A stretch of 64,000 nucleotides of DNA from Bigelowiella natans CCMP2755 (taxonomy: Eukaryota > Protista > Cercozoa), in NCBI GenBank assembly GCA_000320545.1, contig ADNK01000566.1, forward strand, positions 1 through 64,000, read 5' to 3'. Below the pieces are notes generated by a model. The model ran no database searches. It was not told the origin of the DNA and saw nothing but the letters and a program-made list of their open reading frames with translations. The first letter of the stretch is position 1; each line of letters opens with the position of its first letter. Made by a program: the position numbers and the translations under genes. Shown here in pieces: positions 56,099 through 64,000 of the stretch.

Positions 56099-57760
56099 AT
56101 GCCAGGGCGACGGCGGCGAAGAAAGAAGAATGGTTCCAAGACCACTGAGTCTCAGCAAAAGGGAGCCATACGAGGGAATGCACCGCGCGTAACATTGGAT
56201 GAGTCGAAAGTATATGAAGTCGCAATTGTTGGGGCCGGGCCATGCTCCCTTGCATGCGCCAGCGCATTGTTAGAGTCGACTGTTCAGTCGTCCCTTCAAT
56301 ATGACCACACAGCAAAGAATCGAAAAGGTAAGCTGAAATCACCGCTTCGGAAGGAAGATATCTGTATAATCGATGCGAGTGGCGAATCGTGGATGGCACG
56401 TTGGAAAAGTCAATTTACGATGTTGAAGGTGCCGAGGTTAAGAAGCATTATGACCCACCATCCTGACTCCTTTAGCGAGGATTCACTCATCGAGTACGCT
56501 ATATTAAAGAAAAATTTCTCAAATCTAGAAAGTTGCGGTGAAGCAATAAATGGTCTATTTAAAGAAGGCTCTTCTCGACGTCTTAGGAGGAATGCCAAGC
56601 GTACAGTCAGCCGTATTCGTCCTGTAAACAATGCAACACGATACCGATTCATTCGCCCTTCTACTTCGTTGTACAACGACTTTTGTGATAGTATTGTAGA
56701 TAAGCTTCAACTAGAAAATATGGTTATAAAGGGAACTGTCACAGACGTGCAAACGTGCTGCAAAGACAATGATAACGAAGAGACAACCGACGTTTCGGAG
56801 GACTCAAAGACTATTCTGAGAGTTACCTTGAAAAGTGGAGCAAGCGTTCTTGCAAGAAGCGTGGTATTAGCAGTGGGAAATACGTGTATACCCCGAATCC
56901 CTCTTTGGGCTAGACCATGCAGAAACTCAGCAGATGCTGCTGTTCATTGTGTGAATACGGGGAAGATCCAACCATCGGCGGCTGGGCTTTGCGAGCACAC
57001 ATGGGAAATCGCTCCTAAGGGCATGAAGTACATCTCGAATAAGGTACGAGGGAGGCGCGTTCTTGTGGTAGGGGGCGGTCTCACCGCGGTACAATCTTCA
57101 CAAATGTGTGCAAACGCTGGTGCGAGGCGTGTGGTTATGATGTCGCGTAGAACTATTGCGCAACGTGATTTTGACGTCCCCGTCTCATGGTTTGGCGCCA
57201 CAAGCAACGCAGAAATGTGCGCGTTTTGGCAGACAGAAGACGCTGAGACTCGGTATTCTATCGTCAAATCGGTGAGGGGCAAGCCTACAGTTCCGAATAT
57301 TGTCTGGAGAGAGTTTGTTTCCGACATTGAGACGAAAAGATGTATTCATCTGATGGAGGGATTCCATGTGACGGAGGCCAGTTGGAACGCATCGGCAAAG
57401 TGCTGGAATGTGGTGCATCAGGAAAGCCCTAGCTCAGATGGTCCGTCTGTTGAGGAGGCCAAATCGAGAACTATGGAATTCGACTACATCCTTCTGGCCA
57501 CGGGGGCAGTCATGTCTGCGAAGGAACATCCCCTCTTGGGGAAAATTTACGCACACTCAAAACCAGAGGGCGATGTGAATGGTTTCCCCGTTCTAAGTGA
57601 AGAGCTTCGCTGGAATGAAACCGACATGCAGAATCTTTTTGTTACTGGAGGGTATGCAGCGCTGCAGCTTGGGCCAGTGGCTGCCACACTAGCAGGAGCT
57701 CGCAAGGGGGCCCTGATCCTTCGTGATGCCATATTTAGCCAGATTAAGCGTTCTAAGTAG
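56099..57760 (+). CDS. Intronless FAD/NAD(P)-dependent oxidoreductase (flavin monooxygenase / N-hydroxylase-like fold), 553 aa
   Basis: FAD-binding VAIVGAGPCSL; LRSIMTHHPD; VVLAVG; NAD(P)-binding VLVVGGGLTAVQ; ILLATG; C-terminal LFVTGGYAALQLGPVAATLAGAR. Confidence 0.85.
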   Translation: MPGRRRRRKKNGSKTTESQQKGAIRGNAPRVTLDESKVYEVAIVGAGPCSLACASALLESTVQSSLQYDHTAKNRKGKLKSPLRKEDICIIDASGESWMARWKSQFTMLKVPRLRSIMTHHPDSFSEDSLIEYAILKKNFSNLESCGEAINGLFKEGSSRRLRRNAKRTVSRIRPVNNATRYRFIRPSTSLYNDFCDSIVDKLQLENMVIKGTVTDVQTCCKDNDNEETTDVSEDSKTILRVTLKSGASVLARSVVLAVGNTCIPRIPLWARPCRNSADAAVHCVNTGKIQPSAAGLCEHTWEIAPKGMKYISNKVRGRRVLVVGGGLTAVQSSQMCANAGARRVVMMSRRTIAQRDFDVPVSWFGATSNAEMCAFWQTEDAETRYSIVKSVRGKPTVPNIVWREFVSDIETKRCIHLMEGFHVTEASWNASAKCWNVVHQESPSSDGPSVEEAKSRTMEFDYILLATGAVMSAKEHPLLGKIYAHSKPEGDVNGFPVLSEELRWNETDMQNLFVTGGYAALQLGPVAATLAGARKGALILRDAIFSQIKRSK

Positions 57761-57859
57761 CATTTAGTTGATGAATTCACTGCAACATCAAAGACATAAT
57801 CATTGCGATTACACTCTTTGCTATGGCTCAAAAAGATCAAATAGATGAATGACTAACTC

Positions 57860-59210
57860 TACAGCAGTGAAGCACTGTACGGCAAGTGCTATCATTCATG
57901 CATACTCGACAAATTCCATCATTCTGTAGACTGTATGTTGGTTGCCTGCAATGCAATGATACACACGTACCTTATTATTGTATCATTTATATGTGTCATA
58001 TTATTTTTGCTGTTTTCATGATTTGGCTACTCACTTATACATGGCGACTACGCGATTGCACCTGCTACATAACAATGCATGACAGCCCTGCAGGCACTTG
58101 CAAATGTGGCTGGATTGAGCAGGCTGTGTAAGCTACATGCTACGGCTAGGTACATCTAGCTATGTGCTACTAGACTAGCTAGTAAAATGTGCAATGTCTA
58201 CATGCAATAAGTGACTAATAAATAATGCAGGGCCTGTGCGTGACTAGGTGGCCCGCACACAACACAATGTGCAGCGGTTCACCGTACCATGCGACGGCAA
58301 GCAGCATTATCAAGCTGCCATACCTGCTTTTGCCAGCATGCTAGCATGCAGCACACAATTGCACAACACGACCGACCGCTGTAGCCGCCGCTTTGCATAG
58401 CTACATTAGGATGACGCGCTGCCATGCGCGCTGTTCGGCATGCGCGAATTAGAGAACATGCTTTCGCATGCATGAAACACATTACATGTCGATGGACAAA
58501 CATACGTGCACAGCATCATACAAGCGCTGTGCGGCCCGCTAAATTGCACGGCTACAATTAGGATGATGCAACCATTGAAATGTAGAGAAAAGATTTACGA
58601 TGTATGATCAATGCAAAACATCCGTCTCTGCATACGATGTAGCTACATTAGGATGACCATTGAAAAAATTTGAACATTTCATCACATCCGTCTCACATCT
58701 GTCTCATATCATCATGATGACAATGAAAATATACAATTATTTCATTGCATCCGATCCGTCTGCTCATACCTGCCGCATGAGATAACATGCATGATCGGAG
58801 GCAACTAAGCAGACATAGCTTAATCGCTGTAACCACAGCTTTGCACAGCTACATTATATTAGGATGACAATAATTGAAAAAGTGTAAGTATTTCATAACA
58901 CCCGTATCATGCCTGCCGCATGCATGGCACAACATAAGTTCTGTAGCCGCTGCCTTACATAGCTACACTAGGATGACCTTTGAAAAGATCTAACCATTTC
59001 ATTATATACATCCGTCTCATACCTGCCGCATGCATAAATGTTAAGTAATGGGTGTATGTATCAGGTATGTGTGACACAACCATATATTTCTGCGTCTCTG
59101 TAGCTATTGGACTGAGCATAACTAAAGCGCTCTGGCCGCTGCTATGCAACGCTACGTTAGGGTGAGGATTGAAAATTTTAATAATTCATTACATCTGTCG
59201 CATAGCTATT
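57860..59210. other. Convergent intergenic spacer rich in CATG/TGCA/CTAG words (includes the repeat array)
   Basis: Examples: ctactagactagctagt, cagcatgctagcatgcagc, gcatgcatg. It lies between the 3' ends of the oxidoreductase and EEP genes. Confidence 0.6.
58385..59205. repeat. Degenerate tandem array of about 7 units (about 70-190 bp spacing)
   Basis: Core GCTACA(T)TAGGATGA(CC)ATTGAAAA…TTTCAT…CATCCGTCTCATACCTGCCGCATG recurs near 58400, 58551, 58642, 58715 (partial), 58848, 58962 and 59151. Confidence 0.8.
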
Positions 59211-59358
59211 GACTTCTTTGGTAGTTCCATATACACAATTTCATGAAATTATTCATTGTACGTATAAAGATTTATTTCTCATTTCTCATTTTTATGCCTA
59301 TGCGATGGCGGATCAGTTCATTAAATTTATGTATATCCCACATTCATTTTGCCAGTAC

Positions 59359-62300
59359 CTAAGCAATCGCCTCCTTAAACTTTTCCGTTATGACCTGATC
59401 CAGCCTCTCACTAAGTGTAACACGAATAAGATCGTGGTCTGAGACCTTCTTCATCCCTCTTCGGTAGTTGCTCTTCAGGGCCGTTGGAAGAGGTAGCACT
59501 TGCTGTTGAATGACGGCTCTGCTTCTATCTAAAGATTGGTTGTAGCTGCAAAAATCATAGCCTTCGCCGCCGGAGGACGTAATCATTCCTGAAGGAATTG
59601 GAATTTTGTTCAAAAGTATATTAGGGTAAGGAAAAACATATTTCCATGAATAATACATTTATATGTATATGCACCTATTTATATTATCTCTTAAAACAGT
59701 AGAGCTGATGACACTAAATGCGTGACTAAATGCGTGAATATCCCAAAGTGACACGCTCGTATTAAGAATTCGTGTTGGCAATGAAGCTGTCGTGTCACCG
59801 ACCTTCTCTCCCAGTGACCCCCCAGTCGCTCGGAGGGCTCGGGCGGTGGTTCCAATCGCCAACAACAAGGTGCGGGGCCGCAAGCTTATTCTCTCCGGCG
59901 ATCGTGAAAGGCAATTTCCCTTTGTTGCCCACCGCCGCAATGAGCGCACTCTGGTAATGTTTGAAAAAACCATTTGACTGAGCCACCTGCTGACGTGCCT
60001 TGGTCTTTGGGGGCATATGGACGCTGGTGAGAGCGATCCTGCGCAAGTTTGTGCTCTGAAAGCGGTTGTCGGCGATTACGACAGTGAGCGGAGGATAGTC
60101 CATCTTTGTGTAACTGTCGCTCAGCTGGTCGAATCGCAACGTCCCGTCGGCCTCGCAGTGCACGTCATCATCCTCAAAAACGCAGATCACGTGATGCTCT
60201 GCGTTGTGGTCGTTTCCAGGACAGTGGTAGAAGCTAAGATATTACCAGCATTACGCTCTATGATGGTGATTAGAATGATGATGATGATGATGATGATGAT
60301 GATCGTGTTCTTTACTACTCAGGATAGCTAGCACAAATCAACATAAAGAAACACCGTGAGGGCAAAAGGTAGACAGGGGCAAAATACAGAGTAAGCTGTC
60401 AACACAAATACACACATTCATGCACACCTATACTGGCCCTTCTCGAACCGTAGAACACGAGGGGAGCGTCTCAGCTTCTTAGCTGCGAAAATCTCCCTAG
60501 CAGCCTTCTTGCCCAGCTCGTTGATTCCGTCAACAAATGCCTTCACGACATCCAGACTACCGTGGTTCACCTCCTGGAATACGAGTGCATCTGGGGCTTC
60601 TTCGGCCAGGTCTGCTTGGATGTTGCACTTTGCCGACTCCAACTTGCGCTCCTTCGTGCGCTTAAGCCATGTCGCGTGATGGAGATTCCAAGAAATTATC
60701 ATGAATTTGTGCGGCTGTAGAAAGCTGGAAGCCCTGCTATGTTTAGAAGTGGTAGTGACGTCGACTATTTGCGGGCCAAGGGCTTTATGCTTCTGGTCCC
60801 GCTTTTTACTTGTCGAGCCTGTGCACTTTCCAGGCTTCGCGAAGATTTAGCCAGCACGTATTATATAACCAAAAATTACACTCAATGGAGAACGTTGAGA
60901 GCAATCAGAAAGCTTTCAGCTATTTTGAGATGTGAAGGAAAAGAGAGAGAGGGGGGGGGGGAGGGGGGGGAGGGAACGAGGAAAACACTGAAGGGAAACA
61001 AACCAAAGAGACGGCTAGGGAATCACCTTATGTTTCTCCTCTTTCTCCCTTTTCTCGTCTTTATCGACATCAGTGCTCTCTATAATATTTTCCTCCTCCT
61101 CCAGCATGTTCATTTCTAACCGTACTAACAGGTTAATAGCCTCTTTCCTTAGACGAGGACATTTTCTCGGCGGGTGGGTAGATGTAGGCAGCATCATCTT
61201 GCCGTCCAGCATACTGTACTTGCCGATCTTGGCGCGAAGTTCCGCCATTTTTTGCTTCTGGTATGTTTCCATTAGACTTAGTATCTGTACGAGTTCGGCT
61301 TTGAGAACACGCCGCCGGTGTTTGAGAATCGAGAATCCTTTCGATTCCAACACGTCGATGAGTTCGTTCCTTTTCAGCTTGTCATAATCTCCTTTCGCTT
61401 CTTTCTCCTTCTTATCAGTTATGTCATCGCTGTCGTCGCCTTTGATTTTCCCTTTACTTTCTTTTTTGCTCTTGATGTCGTGCAGGATGCATTGGTCTAC
61501 CAGGTCTTTCTTCAGCCCGGTAGTGGAACCACCTAAATCAATGGTCAGCAATGATGATTATAATTATGTGACAGGGAGAGGGGGGGGGGGAGGGGGGGGA
61601 TTGTCAATCTGTTTCTAAGATGTGCAGTGACAGAGAAATAGCATAAAAGCAGTACAGCTTTGAACAAATGATATCCGTGATTCTTGTGTAGTTCGTAACC
61701 TTGAGAGCGGATCCGGCTTTTCAGTTCGTTACAATTCATGGCAAGGTATCTGTCAAATTGAACCAGCCTTTCGATATAATCTTTCTTCCTTGTAAGGCCC
61801 TGTTAGTGTAAATGTGATAGATGCTCAAAAATGGAAGCTGGCATGAATCATAACAATTCATCTCCAATAACACATACGCTTCTTCTTCTTCTTCCCATAT
61901 AATTGGATTAATTAGTTGCCTCTCACTTGCTTTGTTCGCTCTCACCTTTGCCAAAATTGCTCTTTTGGATATTTCCTCCTTTAACTTTTGAACCGTCAAT
62001 CCGTCATATATGCAGGCCTTGCTTCTCTCTATTTGCAACGGTTTGCCACTGTCGCCCTCAGACGCCTTCTCCTTTTTCTTCTTCTTTTTCTTAACTTCTC
62101 CAGCACTGCTTTTAGGCTTAGACTTTGAACTACTTTTGTTTTGTGGTTGCCCCGTTTCTGCTTTCACCTTCTTATCTGCGTCGGACTTCCTCCCTTGAGT
62201 GTCACTAGAATTCTTAGAAGTGCTGGAACTCTGCTTCGATTTTTTCTTGGTCTCATATTTATTTGCTTTCTTTGAGGCGTCGTGATCCTGAGAAGGTATA

Positions 62301-62713
62301 GTCTTCTTCCCGCTGCGACCATGCTGGAGCAGGAAGTTAATCAAATCAATCCTTTTTCTGCTCTTAAATGTTGATCCTAAGGATTGTAGGAGGAAGCTAA
62401 GGACCCCGAAATATCAAATATAGTGATGGACATGAACGACCTATCTTTGTTATTTTTTCACGAAGCTCTTGTAATTTCTGGTTCTGGAGGGCTTCGTATT
62501 CATTTATGACACATATGTAGCTGTTCTTCGATGTGAGACCCTTTTGTTATAGAATGATAGACAGGGTGTAACTTCAACTATGTACACATGAGAGAGAGGG
62601 GTATGGACCTTGACTTTGATCTCGCGTTTCTCGACCTCCTCTTTCAACTGCTTAAGCGTCATTTCACCAACGTTGGGAGTTTTATCAGCAGAAGTTTTCG
62701 AACGTGGAGGCAT
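59359..62713 (-). CDS. Multi-exon protein with several SAP-like DNA-binding motifs and a C-terminal endonuclease/exonuclease/phosphatase (DNase I-like) domain
   Basis: SAP-like: MTLKQLKEEVEKREIK, YDGLTVQKLKEEISKRAI, MNCNELKSRIRSQG, YDKLKRNELIDVLESKG…KAELVQIL. EEP motifs: IISWNL, DALVFQEV, SVHMPP, VVGDWN, YDF, VSDHDLI. Confidence 0.75.
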
Positions 62714-63229
62714 ATTTCAAACACCCTCCCCTCGAGCTCGGGGGGGTGTATCCTAGAGGGTGATTGTGCCGCTAAGCCATATAAGGTTTGGGGTTATTGT
62801 CGCTACAAAGGGCCTGTGAAATAAGATAATTTTTAGCCCGTTAAACATCCTACAGGATTTGATATTATGAGAACGATGAACTTCTCCTTCTTCGACAAAT
62901 GTTCAGTCTCACGCTGGGCAATATTTAGCTCCGCCGATATCCTACTCGGAGAGAAAAGGCGATGAATGGTCGCTCCAGCTACAAAGGAGCGGTTTTTGTA
63001 GGTTTCATTTATTTGTTTCTTTTTGTTCCTATTAAACATGAAAACATTTGATTTGGGTTCTGCGACATGGATAATGACAAGTTTTTATTTAGAAGCAGTT
63101 CTAATTTAGATAAATTTGCGAAAGGCAACAGCCGCCTGTCGTCAGAAGAACAATTCCAATTCAGATTCTAGTCAGTCAGGAGGGACCGACCACCTACCTG
63201 TCGGTATCGCAACGGGGGGGAGTCGAAGG

Positions 63230-64000
63230 ATGAAGTCGACACCCATCGCACGTGCTGTCTATTTGCCTAGCAAGGAGGATCAACAAACAAAAGGCTTGGG
63301 AACGTGGATCGTTGGTTCGAATCTCATATGCAATATTTTTTCCTTAAAAGCGCATCCCTCCGACGAAACGCTGATTTCGAATTTTGCATATTCAAACTAT
63401 AACCACAGCTTCAACCAGCGGCGTTTTCATACGCGCACAACCGTTAACCGAAGCCACAGACAAGGGAATATTGAAGCATAGAGATGAGATAATCGGATTG
63501 AAGATTCAGGGACGGTGGATTCAGCACGCAAAAGGCTGGTCACTTCTAAAGAAAGAAGATGGAACAGTTCTCATTGGGGTAGGGCAGAATACTTCATGGA
63601 CTATCATCTATTTTCAATCTAGGAAAGATGAATAAGACACAATTTCGCCGCCTTCGTTGGTTGTGTGCGGGTTTGATGTGAGACAACTGTGTTGTTGTCA
63701 TCCTTGCAGGAAAAGTGGGTCGTTACCGCTAAGCAAGGTCTGCGCGTCCGTGATTCCCCTAAGGACGAGAATAAACAGATTGGCATTTTGGTATATGAAG
63801 AAAGGCTTGCGCAGCTAAAACGGCAGGGTGATTGGTTGGAGCATGAAAAGGGATGGTCGCGCATTGTCAGCGTGGAAGGTGTCCCGCTTCTCGCTTTGGT
63901 TTCGTCAGGGGGAAAAAAGGATGATCAAAAGAAAGGAAAGGAGGGAAAATCTACAGGTGACCTGTATTAAAACCTTTTAAAAAATTATGTTGGTTTAATA
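63230..64000 (+). CDS. Protein with tandem bacterial-type SH3 (SH3b)-like repeats; partial, continues past window end
   Basis: Two similar exon-encoded units: WIVASTSGVFIRAQPLTEATDKGILKHRDEIIGLKIQGRWIQHAKGWS and WVVTAKQGLRVRDSPKDENKQIGILVYEERLAQLKRQGDWLEHEKGWS (L.VR..P…G.W+…GW pattern). Confidence 0.65.

Noticed and set aside
58385-59205. CRISPR-like array
   Set aside because: The repeats are degenerate, spacing is irregular, the intervening sequence is partly homologous, and there are no cas genes in this eukaryotic context.
59359-60702. LINE retrotransposon endonuclease
   Set aside because: The EEP domain is C-terminal, intron-containing and has no downstream reverse transcriptase.
1-64000. 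tRNA, rRNA or intact transposon genes
   Set aside because: None was recognisable by eye; tRNAscan, Infernal and a repeat library search would be needed to exclude them.

Overview
Intron-rich eukaryotic nuclear DNA, most likely a chlorarachniophyte alga: a nucleus-encoded psbX carries a signal peptide plus transit-peptide leader (…SVALNAVLVVCL…LGAPVRAR…) and a green-lineage-like C-terminus. Manual splicing gives about nine genes in strictly alternating orientation. (+) Large CH-like/helical/coiled-coil protein. (-) Apparent in-frame fusion of an inositol polyphosphate 5-phosphatase to an FLC/fungal-Pkd2-type (TRP-like) multipass membrane domain. (+) NiCoT nickel/cobalt transporter. (-) psbX. 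(+) Very large GNAT + HMG-box + LysM protein. (-) Polycystin-1-like receptor (LamG-PAN-LamG-Cys repeats-mucin-REJ-GAIN/GPS-TM-PDZ). (+) Intronless FAD/NAD(P)-dependent oxidoreductase. (-) Multi-SAP + DNase I-like EEP nuclease. (+) SH3b-repeat protein running off the window. All four convergent gene junctions hold a distinct CATG/TGCA/CTAG-rich spacer, and one contains a degenerate ~7-unit repeat array. Most ORF-track entries are microsatellite or antisense artefacts. Exon boundaries were read by eye and family calls come from remembered motifs, not database searches.
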